Assembly: GCA_963719225.1 (NCBI GenBank)
Contig: CAVRAY010000001.1
Span: 3,232,001-3,296,000 of the forward strand
Origin: Thermoanaerobaculia bacterium
GTDB taxonomy: Bacteria; Acidobacteriota; Thermoanaerobaculia; UBA5066
Direction of reading: 5' to 3'
DNA: 64,000 bases
Part shown: positions 20,301 to 30,432 of the stretch, in pieces
How the letters are laid out: each line of letters begins with the position of its first letter
Numbering within the stretch: position 1 is the first letter of the stretch
Made by a program: the position numbers and the translations under genes
Notes under the pieces: model-generated
Told to the model about the DNA's origin: nothing
The model's input: the letters and a program-made list of their open reading frames with translations, nothing else
Databases searched by the model: none

Positions 20301-22039
20301 AAGAACCGTGAGCCGCGATGCCTGCCCGGCCGCCACCGTCGCGCTGGAAAACGTGTACGCAAGGCCGGGCACATTCGGCGAAGCGGAGAGCGAGAGCGAG
20401 CCCTGAAAGCCGTTCGCCGCGGTCGTCGTCACGTCGACCGTCGCGGACTCGCCGGCGCGCAGGGAAGCGTAGACCTGCCGCGCCGAGACGTTGAAATCGG
20501 GGCCGGCGGCGACCGTCGACGGAAAGAAGGCGTAGTAGACATCCGGATCGCTGCCCCGCTCGTCGCTCCACGACAGATGGAAAGTCCCCGCGTCCCCCGC
20601 CATGCCGTCGTAGTCCCCGTGGTAGCTCCCGAACGAGCTCGGTCCGAAAACCCAGTTGTGGTCGGTGACGCGGAGGTTCTTGCCGAACGTGGCGCCGCCG
20701 TCCGCGGAGACGCTCATGTAGACGTCGGTCAGGCTGTCGTTCACCGGGTCGTTGCGACGGTCCCACCACTTCACGCCGACGCGCGCGTCCGCGGCGACGG
20801 CGATCGCGGGCGACCATTGGCTCGTCGACGTCGCGTCGTCGTTGACGCGAACGGGAGCGCTGAACGTCGCCCCCCGTCCGTCGAGCGGACGTAGAAGATG
20901 TCCGACCGGTCCGCGGTCTGACCGGGCGAGACGGCCGCGTAGGCGAGATGGTACGTCCCGCTCGTGTCGACGGCGGTGACCGGGAAGGTGTCCGCCCGCA
21001 CGCCGTTGCCTCCCGGGAGGGTGCCCGCGATCTCCGTGAGCTTTGCGGCCGTCCGGATCGCCGAGAACGTGGCGCCTCCGTCCGTGGACTTCGTGACCGT
21101 GATGCCGGAGCTTCCGGAGTGGCTGTCGTTGTACGACACGTAGATTTCGCCGGCCGGACCGATGGAGATCGTGGAGTTCTGCACGAGGGTTGTTCCGTCG
21201 ATCGGCGAAAGAGCCAGCGGGCTGGAGAACGAGGCGCCCCCATCCGTGGACACCGCAAAGAGGATGAAATCGCCGCCGAGTGTCTGGGAAAAGTCGGTCC
21301 ACGTGACGTAGATCCTGCCTCGATACTTCGAGGACGTCGTGTCCACGGCGAGCCAGGGTTTGTCCTGCGTGTCGAAGACGTTCGCGGCGACCGTGCTCGC
21401 CTCGACGCAACCCCAGGAGACGGCGCCGTCGCTCGAGGAGCAGAGCGCGATGATGCTGACGCCGTCGCCCGCCGCGGCGAGCGTGGCGTAGGAGATCTCC
21501 CCGTCGGGACCGAAGGCGACCACGGGATTGCCGAAGTTCTGTCCGCCCCCGATCACCGGGAGACTCCCATGCCGGAACGTGCCGCCGCCGTCGGCGGAAA
21601 TGCCGTATCCGGACTCCATGACGGTGTTCGCGTCGTTGAAGCCGACCATCACGCTGCTCCCGCGTGCGGCGATCGAGGTCTCACTGTTCGTATGGCCGTC
21701 GACGTCGGTGGAGGGGTCGTTGACGCGGACGTTTTGCCCAGGCGCCGGCGTCGAGGACCGGAGCGTGCGCGCGAGCGGCGGGCGCGAAGGCCGCGCGCCC
21801 GGAGCCGGCAGCAGCCCCGCGGCCCGGAGGACGGCTCTCTGTCCCGCGGAGGAGAGCCGCCGAAACGCCTCGGGCTTCAGGAGAGGCGGCAGGTTCGCGC
21901 CTTCCTCGGCGAGCCGCAGAGCGTCGGCGTTGCGCGGGAGGGCGCCCGTGGAAACGCGCGCCGGCGGGACGGCTTCGATTCGTGCCGTGAGAAAAACGAG
22001 GGCGACGGCGGCCGGGAGAGTGGACGAGTGTCGTAGCAT
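17370..22039 (-). CDS. Large secreted sialidase-like (BNR/Asp-box) protein with PKD domain and duplicated C-terminal domain; frameshift at about 20870-20875
   Basis: Signal peptide at 22039; repeated STDGGATFS boxes continue across a G6 run into ORF 17370..21410; WDFGDG PKD motif; two RSNLA...YGVLND...DGS repeats. Confidence 0.8.
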
Positions 22040-22051
22040 CGGTTCTCGAGT

Positions 22052-23497
22052 ATGCGAAATAAGTGCCTCGTGAGGTTGGGTCTCGTCGCCCTCCTTTCCG
22101 GAGGTTCCGCCGCGCCGGCAGCCTCTCCTGCGCCTGCCGGGGAAGCGCGCACCATCGTCGAAGCGCTCGTCGCCTGCGGCACACGCCACTCCCTGTCCTC
22201 CTGGTCGGACACGAGGCGCGGCATCGGCTGCGGGCGCGACGTGGTCGTCCGCAATCTCGAAGCGGTCGAAAACGAGTCCGGAAAACGGATGCGGGTCGTC
22301 GTCGACAAATTCGAGACGACCGCGCCACGCACGAAGAACGCCGCCGTGCCGATGGAAAACGTCTACGCGATCCTTCCGGGCATCGATCCCGCGCGGGAGC
22401 GGACGGCGTTCGTCGTCTCCGGCCACTACGACTCGATGCCCTCCGACGTCATGGATCCCGCGACGGACGCGCCCGGCGCCGACGACGACGCGTCCGGCAC
22501 GGCGGTCTCGATCCTCACGGCGCGCGCTCTCGGCGCGACGCCCGCGCGCGCGACGCTGATCTTCGCGGCCGTCGCGGGCGAGGAGCAGGGCCTCCTCGGC
22601 GCGAAGCGGATGCTCGAGTGGCTCGGCAAGCACGGGTACGCCGTAGGCGGAATGATCACGTGCGACATCGTCGGCGCGACGAACGGGAGCACAGACCGCC
22701 GCGTGCGCGTCTTCTCCGAAGGCGGGCCCGACGGCGTCGACTCGCCGGGACGGCAGATGGCGCGCCTCGTCGAGGACGTGAACGGCAAGGACAAGGTGCG
22801 CCTCGTCTTCCGCCTCGACCGCTTCGGGCGGGGCGGGGACCACCGGCCGTTCACCGAGGCGGGCCTCCCCGCCGTGCGCTTCACGGAGCCGCTCGAAGAT
22901 TATCGCCACGAGCATCAGACCCCACGCGTCGTGAACGGAATCGAATACGGCGACCTCGTGAAATTCATGGACTTCGACTTCGTCGCGGACACGGCGAGAG
23001 CCGTCGAGAGGACGCTGGAGGAAATGGCGAATGCTCCCGCGCCTCCCCGAAAGGTGACGCTCGGCGGAGCCGTGACGCCGGACGCGAAGATCTTCTTAGA
23101 AAGTAATGAGGACCCGGAGCGCGCGGGCTATGAGATTCTGTGGCGAGAGACGACGGATGCACGATGGAGTGTCCTTCGAACGGTCGATCCCAGGTCGGCG
23201 CAGGCGGAGGCCGCTGCGAACGCCGCACCTGCGGCGGCGCCGGCTGCGCCGCAGGCCGCCTCAGGGGCCCCCCGCTCCCCCTCTCTTTCACTCGAAGAAT
23301 CTCTCTCCTCGGTCCTCTCTTCGATCTCCACGGACAACCATTACTTCGCGGCGCGGAGCGTCGGAAAGAACGGGAAAAAGAGCATCGCCGTGCCGGCGGT
23401 CGCCGCCGTGAGACTGCCGCCCGGATTCGTTGCGGCTGACGCGCCGAAGCCGGCCGCAGCTCCCGCGCCAACAGCCACGACAGTTCCGAAGAAGTGA
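22052..23497 (+). CDS. M28 family metallopeptidase, secreted
   Basis: SGHYDS, PGADDDASG, GEEQGLLGA, DIVG, GGDH, HEH. Confidence 0.88.
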   Translation: MRNKCLVRLGLVALLSGGSAAPAASPAPAGEARTIVEALVACGTRHSLSSWSDTRRGIGCGRDVVVRNLEAVENESGKRMRVVVDKFETTAPRTKNAAVPMENVYAILPGIDPARERTAFVVSGHYDSMPSDVMDPATDAPGADDDASGTAVSILTARALGATPARATLIFAAVAGEEQGLLGAKRMLEWLGKHGYAVGGMITCDIVGATNGSTDRRVRVFSEGGPDGVDSPGRQMARLVEDVNGKDKVRLVFRLDRFGRGGDHRPFTEAGLPAVRFTEPLEDYRHEHQTPRVVNGIEYGDLVKFMDFDFVADTARAVERTLEEMANAPAPPRKVTLGGAVTPDAKIFLESNEDPERAGYEILWRETTDARWSVLRTVDPRSAQAEAAANAAPAAAPAAPQAASGAPRSPSLSLEESLSSVLSSISTDNHYFAARSVGKNGKKSIAVPAVAAVRLPPGFVAADAPKPAAAPAPTATTVPKK

Positions 23498-23516
23498 GCT
23501 CCACGGCGGCTCGCGC

Positions 23517-25295
23517 ATGACCATCACGCCGCTCGACTGGGCCATCGTCGCCGCCTACTTCCTTCTCTCGATCGGCGTTGGAGTCGCCTTTACGAAGAGG
23601 GGCGGCGAATCGCTCGAGCAGTACTTCGTCGCGGGGCGCAAGGTGCCGTGGTGGCTCGCGGGCGCCGCGATGATCGCGACGACGTTCGCGGCGGACACGC
23701 CGCTCGTCGTGACGGGCCTCGTCGCGGCCCACGGGGTCGCCGGCAACTGGATCTGGTGGAACTTCGTCATGTCGGGAACGCTGACGGTCTTTCTCTACGC
23801 GCGCCTCTGGCGCCGCGCGAAGGTCATGACGGACGTCGAGTTCGCCGAGATCCGCTACAGCGGGCGGCCCGCGACGTTCCTGCGCGGCTTCCGCGCGCTC
23901 TACCTCGCGCTCCCGATAAACCTCATCATCCTCGGCTGGGTCACGCTCGCGATGGTCAAGATCCTCCAGATCTCGCTCGGGATCCGGCCGCTCTGGGCCG
24001 TCGGCCTCTGCTTCGTGATCACGGTCGGGTACTCCGCTGCCGCGGGGATGTGGGCCGTCCTCTGGACCGACCTCGTCCAGCTCGTCATCAAGATGACCGC
24101 GGTCATCCTCCTCGCGTATTTCGCGGTGAAGAAGGTCGGCGGCATCGCCGGGCTCGAGGACGGGCTCGCGAAGCACTTCGGCTCCGTCGACGCGGCGATC
24201 TCCTTCCTCCCGCCCGCGGGCTCGGCGTGGATGCCCGCGATCGCGCTCTTCACGTTCCTCGCGGTCCAGTGGTGGGCCGCTTGGTACCCGGGCGCCGAGC
24301 CGGGCGGCGGCGGCTACGTCGCGCAGCGCATCTTCTCGGCGAAGACCGAGCGCGACGGCATTCTCGCGACGCTCTTCTTCAACGTCGGCCACTACGCGTT
24401 CCGCCCGTGGCCCTGGATCCTCACCGGCCTCGCGACCGTCCTCCTCTACCCCGCCGGCGTCCTCGTGAACGGCAGGCCCGACCACGAGGCCGCGTACGTC
24501 CAGGCGATGGTCGACCTCATGCCCGCCGGCTGGAAAGGCTTCATGCTCGCCGGCTTCGCGGCGGCTTACATGTCGACGGTCGGGACCCACTTGAATTGGG
24601 GGGCTTCGTATCTCGTCGGGGATGTCTATAAGAGATTTCTCAGAAAGGGGGAGAGCGAGAAACACTACGTGGCCGTTTCTCGCTGGACGACGGTTGGTTT
24701 GTTTCTGCTCTCCATCCTCGTCACTCTGAATCTGTCGTCCATCGAAGGAGCCTGGCGGTTCCTCCTCGCGCTCGGGAGCGGGACGGGCCTCGTGCTCATC
24801 CTCCGTTGGTACTGGTGGCGCATCAACGCGTGGAGCGAGATCGCCGCGATGCTGACGTCGATGGTCGTTTCGCTCGCGGCTTTCGCGTTCGTCCCGACCG
24901 GTTCGGGCCCCGGCGCGGTGTTCGAGCAGCAGGCGATCGTGATGCTCGTGACGGTCGTGGCGACGACGGTCGTCTGGCTCGCGGTGACGTTCGCGACGAA
25001 GCCCGAGCCCGACGCGACGCTGGACGCGTTCTACCGCCGCGTGCGTCCGGGCGGGCCCGGATGGGCGCGCGTCTCGGCGCGGCTCGGCTTCGGGAAAGAA
25101 CCGATCCCCGGCGGGGCGATGTCCTTCCTGAACTGGGCTCTCGGGATCGTCCTCGTGTACACGGCGCTCTTCGGGATCGGGAAGATCGTCTTCGGGCAGC
25201 TCTGGCTGGGTTTCGAGCTTCTCGATGTCGCGGCCGTTTGCTTCATCCTCATCATGTGGAGCCTGAAGAGGCAGGAGAAGAAGGAAAAGACGTAG
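23517..25295 (+). CDS. Sodium:solute symporter family protein
   Basis: YFVAGR, ATTFAADTP, VLWTD, AAYMST; many TM helices. Confidence 0.9.
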   Translation: MTITPLDWAIVAAYFLLSIGVGVAFTKRGGESLEQYFVAGRKVPWWLAGAAMIATTFAADTPLVVTGLVAAHGVAGNWIWWNFVMSGTLTVFLYARLWRRAKVMTDVEFAEIRYSGRPATFLRGFRALYLALPINLIILGWVTLAMVKILQISLGIRPLWAVGLCFVITVGYSAAAGMWAVLWTDLVQLVIKMTAVILLAYFAVKKVGGIAGLEDGLAKHFGSVDAAISFLPPAGSAWMPAIALFTFLAVQWWAAWYPGAEPGGGGYVAQRIFSAKTERDGILATLFFNVGHYAFRPWPWILTGLATVLLYPAGVLVNGRPDHEAAYVQAMVDLMPAGWKGFMLAGFAAAYMSTVGTHLNWGASYLVGDVYKRFLRKGESEKHYVAVSRWTTVGLFLLSILVTLNLSSIEGAWRFLLALGSGTGLVLILRWYWWRINAWSEIAAMLTSMVVSLAAFAFVPTGSGPGAVFEQQAIVMLVTVVATTVVWLAVTFATKPEPDATLDAFYRRVRPGGPGWARVSARLGFGKEPIPGGAMSFLNWALGIVLVYTALFGIGKIVFGQLWLGFELLDVAAVCFILIMWSLKRQEKKEKT

Positions 25296-25304
25296 TGAGC
25301 CGCC

Positions 25305-26924
25305 TCAGGCGGCGCGCATCGCCGAGCGCACCGCGTCGGCGGGGGGGACGAGGCTCATCGCCCTCTCGGCGAGCGCCGTGATCGTGAGAGAAGGATTCAC
25401 GCCCGGGTTCGCCGAGATGGCCGAGCCGTCCACGACAAAGAGCCCTTCGTAGCCGAAGACGCGGTGGCGGGCGTCGATCACGCCGGTCGCCAGCGACGCC
25501 CCCATGCAACAGCCACCGAGGATGTGCGCGGTCGTCGGGATCCCGAGGAGCGTCTCGGTCGCGAGGCTCTCGGTATAGCCGTCGAGCTTCTTCTCCACGC
25601 GGCGCGCGAGCTCGGTGGCTTCCGGGACCCACGCCTTCGCCTGCGGCCCGCTCCCCGTTCCCGTCGTGAGGCCGCGCCGGAAGAGCGTCCGGATGCCGCG
25701 GCCGAGCTTCATGCGGAGCGTCCCCTCGGACGTGCGCATGTAGAGCAGGATCATCGTGTACCTCGCCCAGTCCGGCACGAACGCGGCCTTCAGTGTGGCC
25801 CACGGCTTCTTCACGAACATCGCCCCGGCGTTCAGGAGACGCGTGCCGACGGTGTCGCCCGGCGCGTGCGGCATCGCCAGCGGGCGAAAAAAGCCGGAGC
25901 CCGCGGGATAGCGCACGGGCTCGAGGTGGGAGTGCGCGTCCGTCTGCAGGATGGAGCCGATCGCGATGCCCTCGGAGAGGTCCACGTCGCGCCGCTCGGT
26001 CACGACGCCCATGAGGACTTCCGAGTTCGTGCGCACGAAATCGCCGAGACGGTCGGAGATGTTCGGGAGGCCGTGGGGGCTTTCCTTCAGCTTGAGGAGG
26101 AGCTCCACCGTGCCGAGAACGCCCCCCGAAAAAACGACGCTCCTGGCCGCGAACGTCCGCGTTCTTCGCAGGAAAGGAAACGGCGAGCGTCCGGTGCGCG
26201 CTGTGATGGCATAGCCGCCGCCCTCGAGAGGCCGCACCCACGTGACCTCCGTGTCGGCCTCGACCTTCACGCCGCGCCTCTCGGCGAGCCAGAGGTAGTT
26301 CTTGTCGAGCGTGTTCTTCGCCTCGTGGCGGCAGCCCACCATGCAGCCTCCGCAGCGCGTACAGCCGGCGCGCTCCGGCCCTTCACCGCCGAAGTAGGGA
26401 TCGGGCACCTTCACGCCGGGCTCTCCGAAGAAAACAGCGACGTCCGTGGACGACCAGCCGTCCTCGCGGCCGATGTCCCTGCCCACCTCGCGCAGCACCT
26501 CGTCGGGCAGCGTCGTGAACGGCACTCGCGTAGCGCCGAGCATCCGCTTGGCGGTGGCGTAGTGGGGCGCGAGCTCGGCCTTCCAGTCGGCAAGGTCTCC
26601 CCAGGACGGAGCGGAGAAAAACTCGTCGGCCGGAACGGGAAGCGTGTTCGCGTAGACGAGCGATCCGCCGCCCACGCCGACTCCCGAGAGAGCCGTGACG
26701 TGGGGAAGAAACGTCATCTTGAAAAGGCCGCGGCAGCCCAGGGACGGCAGCCAGAGCCATCGCTTCACGTTCCAGTTCGATTTCGGAAAGTCGGACGCGG
26801 AAAAGCGCGTGCCTTTCTCGAGGACGAGAACGCGATGCCCCTTCTCCGCGAGGCGTAGCGCGCTCACGCTCCCGCCGAACCCGGAGCCGACGATCACGAC
26901 GTCGGCGTCGAACTTCTCTTGCAC
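25305..26924 (-). CDS. GMC oxidoreductase, cholesterol oxidase-like
   Basis: GSGFGGSV, GVGGGSLVYAN, CTRCGGCMVGC, TAHILGG, VVDGSAISANPGVNPSLTI. Confidence 0.88.
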   Translation of the reverse strand: MQEKFDADVVIVGSGFGGSVSALRLAEKGHRVLVLEKGTRFSASDFPKSNWNVKRWLWLPSLGCRGLFKMTFLPHVTALSGVGVGGGSLVYANTLPVPADEFFSAPSWGDLADWKAELAPHYATAKRMLGATRVPFTTLPDEVLREVGRDIGREDGWSSTDVAVFFGEPGVKVPDPYFGGEGPERAGCTRCGGCMVGCRHEAKNTLDKNYLWLAERRGVKVEADTEVTWVRPLEGGGYAITARTGRSPFPFLRRTRTFAARSVVFSGGVLGTVELLLKLKESPHGLPNISDRLGDFVRTNSEVLMGVVTERRDVDLSEGIAIGSILQTDAHSHLEPVRYPAGSGFFRPLAMPHAPGDTVGTRLLNAGAMFVKKPWATLKAAFVPDWARYTMILLYMRTSEGTLRMKLGRGIRTLFRRGLTTGTGSGPQAKAWVPEATELARRVEKKLDGYTESLATETLLGIPTTAHILGGCCMGASLATGVIDARHRVFGYEGLFVVDGSAISANPGVNPSLTITALAERAMSLVPPADAVRSAMRAA

Positions 26925-27002
26925 GCAAGCGAGTCTACGTCTGTTTCTTCGGCCGGATCGTGCCGAGACGCGTGCTACGCTGAGGACGCACTCGGAGGCC
27001 GG

Positions 27003-27455
27003 ATGCGCAGGTTCCTGATCGTCGCCGCCGCGATCGCTCTCGCCGTGTGGCTCTATCGGAAGTCGCACCAGGACGGCGCTCCGACCGCCCGGCCCGTCGG
27101 AGGCGAATCGTCTCCCGGCCCCGGCTGCCTGATGGCCGCCGAGAGCGCGAACGGCGCGTTGGCCGAGGCCACACGCCTCCTGATCTCGATGCCCGTCGAC
27201 TCGTCGAAGTGGAGCGATGCCGAGGGCCGAGCTTCCTCCGCGATCTCGCGGGCCGAATCCGCGTGCTCGGGCGGCGCGACGGAAGCCGAGCGCGCCGGGA
27301 TGGAATCGGCGCGGGAGGCGCTCACTCTCATGCGCGCGACTCTCAGGGAGGCCGCGCACGCCGCCCTCGGTGCGGGAGGTTTTCAGGGCGCGCTACGGCA
27401 GGAGGCGATCGACAACCGACTGGCCTCCGCGCGCGGGAAGTTCGGCCTCCGCTAG
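27003..27455 (+). CDS. Hypothetical membrane-anchored helical protein
   Basis: GGAGG RBS; N-terminal TM segment; two Cys. Confidence 0.6.
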   Translation: MRRFLIVAAAIALAVWLYRKSHQDGAPTARPVGGESSPGPGCLMAAESANGALAEATRLLISMPVDSSKWSDAEGRASSAISRAESACSGGATEAERAGMESAREALTLMRATLREAAHAALGAGGFQGALRQEAIDNRLASARGKFGLR

Positions 27456-27527
27456 CCTCACAGGGCACGGTTCGGTCGCAACATCCTCCCGGCGGTTTCG
27501 TAGAAACCCGTTAATAAGGAGGACGTC

Positions 27528-29054
27528 ATGCGCCGGAACCGATTCGTCGAACGTGTCCTGGTTCTCGGGCTTGCCGCCGGACTGTCGGCGGCGGGCTGCA
27601 CAAGGAAGGAAACCCCGACCCCCGCGGCGGCCGGCCCGGCTCCTGGCCCGACGGCGGTGGGCGGCGGGAAGATCCCGGTGACGACTGCGTCGGCCGAGGC
27701 CAGGGACGAGTTCCTGAAGGGCCGCGAGGACGTCGAGAAGCTGCAGATCACGAACTCCATCGCGCACTTCCAGAAGGCCGCTTCGCTGGATCCGGCCTTC
27801 GCCTGGGCCGAGCTCGGCCTCGCGAACTCGGCGCCGACCGGGAAGGAGTTCTTCGAGCACCTCAACAAGGCCGTCAGCCTGGCCGGCAAGGCGTCGGACG
27901 GAGAGAGGCTCCTCATCCTCGCCACGGAGGCAGGCGCGAACACAGACGCGGCGAAGCAGAAGGAGTATCTGGACGCGCTCGTCGCGGCGTATCCGAACGA
28001 CGAGCGGGCCCACTTCAACCTGGGTGGCTATTACTTCGGCCAGCAGCAATACGCTCAGGCGATCGAGCAATACAGGAAGGCGACGGAGATCGAGCCGGGC
28101 TACTCGACGGCCTACAACATTCTCGGCTACTCGTATCGCCAGACCGGCGACTTCGCCAGCGCCGAGAAGGCGTTTCAGAAGTACATCGAGCTGATCCCGA
28201 GGGACCCAAATCCTCACGACTCCTATGCCGAGCTGCTCCTGAAGATGGGCCGGTTCGAGGATTCCATCGCCCAGTATCGCAAGGCGCTGGAGATCGACCC
28301 CAACTTCCTCAACGCTCATCAGGGAATCGCCATGGACCTGCTCTATTCCGGCAAATCGGCCGAGGCCGAGGCGGAGCTGTCGAACATCACGAAGAAGGCC
28401 AGGACCGACGCCGAGCGCCGGACGGGCCTGCTCGCGCTCACGGTCGTTCACATTGACGGCGGAAAGATGGCAAAGGCGCTCGAGGACGTGGACAAGCAGT
28501 ACGTTCTGGGAGAGAAGACCAACGACGTCCCGGCGATGGCCGGCAACAACGGATTGAAGGGAAACATCCTCCTCGAGATGGGCAAGCCCGACCAGGCCCG
28601 AGCGGAATTCGAACGCGGCCTGAAGCTCGTCGAAGGCTCGAACCTCTCACCGGAGGTCAAGGCCAACGCCGGGCTCGTCAGCCACTACAACCTCGCGCGC
28701 GTCGCGGCGGCGAAGAAGGACCTCGCGGAGGCGAAGAGCGAGGCGGACGTTTTCCGGAAGGGCGCCGAAGCCAAGAAGAATCCGGCCCAGGTCAGGAACG
28801 CCCACGAGCTCGACGGGATCATCGCCCTGGCAGAGAAGGACTACGACCGGGCGATCGCCGAGCTCCAGCAGGCGAATCAGCAGAATCCCCAGGATCTCTA
28901 TCGTCTCTGTCTGGCCTACAAGGCAAAGGGCGACGCAGGGAAAGCGAAGGAGTCCTGCGAAAAGGCGGCGAACTTCAACTCGCTGCCTCAGGTCAATTAC
29001 GCCTTCGTTCGCACGAAGGCAAAGGCCGCGGCGCCGGCAGCCGGAAGAGGCTGA
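27528..29054 (+). CDS. TPR-repeat lipoprotein
   Basis: AAGGAGG RBS; LSAAGC lipobox; multiple TPR repeats. Confidence 0.85.
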   Translation: MRRNRFVERVLVLGLAAGLSAAGCTRKETPTPAAAGPAPGPTAVGGGKIPVTTASAEARDEFLKGREDVEKLQITNSIAHFQKAASLDPAFAWAELGLANSAPTGKEFFEHLNKAVSLAGKASDGERLLILATEAGANTDAAKQKEYLDALVAAYPNDERAHFNLGGYYFGQQQYAQAIEQYRKATEIEPGYSTAYNILGYSYRQTGDFASAEKAFQKYIELIPRDPNPHDSYAELLLKMGRFEDSIAQYRKALEIDPNFLNAHQGIAMDLLYSGKSAEAEAELSNITKKARTDAERRTGLLALTVVHIDGGKMAKALEDVDKQYVLGEKTNDVPAMAGNNGLKGNILLEMGKPDQARAEFERGLKLVEGSNLSPEVKANAGLVSHYNLARVAAAKKDLAEAKSEADVFRKGAEAKKNPAQVRNAHELDGIIALAEKDYDRAIAELQQANQQNPQDLYRLCLAYKAKGDAGKAKESCEKAANFNSLPQVNYAFVRTKAKAAAPAAGRG

Positions 29055-29104
29055 TCTCATTGCATCACTTCGACTTTTGCCGGACTCGCAATATGCTCTG
29101 ACGC

Positions 29105-30403
29105 ATGGCACGGCACGTCGCGATCGTCGGAGCGGGCGTCATCGGATGCGCGACTGCGCTGGAGCTCAAGCGGCGTGGGTTCGACGTGAGCGTCGTCGAC
29201 CGTAACGGCGAAGCCGGGCACGGCACCACTTCGGCGTCGTGCGGCGTCGTGCGGCGGTACTACTCCCAGCCCGGCATGATGGCGATGGCCCACGAGGCGG
29301 CGTCCATATGGGCGGACTGGTCTCGTTACCTGGGCCCCATCGACGAGGACCTCGCGGTGTTCAAGCGGCCGGGCATGCTGTTCATCCTGCCCCGCGTCGA
29401 CGAGACGGTCCACGTCCTCCTGGCCGAGATGAAGCGGGTCGGCATCAAGGCTTCCCTGCTTTCCCCCGACGAGGTGCACGAGCGGTTCCCCTATCTCGAC
29501 ACGGCGTCGCACTTCCCCGCCCGGCCGGTGTCGGATCCCGAGTTTGCCGAGTCTGGCAATCGCCCGATCGCCGGCGCCATCTTCGAGGAGGACTCGGGGT
29601 ACGTCGTCTCTCCGAGCATCGCCACCAGCAATCTGCGGCGGGCGGGCGAGCGTGAAGGGGTGCGCTTTCTCCTGAACCGGCGGGTCGCGAGCATCCGCCC
29701 GGCAGGCGGGCGGCGCTTCCTCCTCGAGACGGAGTCCCGCGGGCCGATCGAGTGCGACGTCGTCGTCAACGCGTCGGGTCCGCATTCCAGCATCGTGAAC
29801 CGGATGGCGGGCGTGACGCTCCCGCTGGAAACGCGACCGCTCCGCCGCGAGGTCCACATCCTTTCGAATCCGCTCTTCGGCCAGCCGGAGGGAGCCGGGG
29901 TTCCCGTGGTCGGCGACGTCGACGGAGGAGTCTATTTCCGGCCCGAGACGGGAGGCCGCGACATCGTGGTCGGCTCGACGGACCCCGAGTGCGACGCCAA
30001 GGAGTTCGTGACGGATCCCGACGAATTCGGCGACCGCATCACGGATCTCTACCGCGAGAGGCAATGCCTTCGGGCGATGCAGCGCTTTCCCGCGATGCGC
30101 CTCGGCCGTCCGCGCGGAGTCGCCTCGCTCTACGACGTCACCGTCCGCGACTGGTATCCGATCGTCGACCGGACGGACCTGCCGGGCTTTTTCGTGTGCA
30201 TCGGCACGAGTGGCTCCTCGTTCAAGACGGCGCCCGTGCTCGGCCGCCTCACGGCCGAGCTCATCCAGCGCGCGGAAGAGGGGCGAGACACCGACCGGGA
30301 CCCGGTCATTCTCGACCTGCCCCGCATCGGTACGTCGGTGGATACACGCTTCCTCTCCCGGCACCGCGGCGAGCTCGAGACCACGAGCACGGTCATCGGA
30401 TAA
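29105..30403 (+). CDS. FAD-dependent oxidoreductase (DAO/sarcosine oxidase beta-like)
   Basis: [36 protein letters not shown]. Confidence 0.85.
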   Translation: MARHVAIVGAGVIGCATALELKRRGFDVSVVDRNGEAGHGTTSASCGVVRRYYSQPGMMAMAHEAASIWADWSRYLGPIDEDLAVFKRPGMLFILPRVDETVHVLLAEMKRVGIKASLLSPDEVHERFPYLDTASHFPARPVSDPEFAESGNRPIAGAIFEEDSGYVVSPSIATSNLRRAGEREGVRFLLNRRVASIRPAGGRRFLLETESRGPIECDVVVNASGPHSSIVNRMAGVTLPLETRPLRREVHILSNPLFGQPEGAGVPVVGDVDGGVYFRPETGGRDIVVGSTDPECDAKEFVTDPDEFGDRITDLYRERQCLRAMQRFPAMRLGRPRGVASLYDVTVRDWYPIVDRTDLPGFFVCIGTSGSSFKTAPVLGRLTAELIQRAEEGRDTDRDPVILDLPRIGTSVDTRFLSRHRGELETTSTVIG

Positions 30404-30432
30404 CACGCCGCCGCGATACGCTCCGTCGATCA

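Noticed and set aside
10430-22039. Repeated CCGCCGTCCGT-like DNA motifs as a repeat array or CRISPR
   Set aside because: They encode protein Asp-box repeats (TDGG) at irregular spacing, with no repeat-spacer structure
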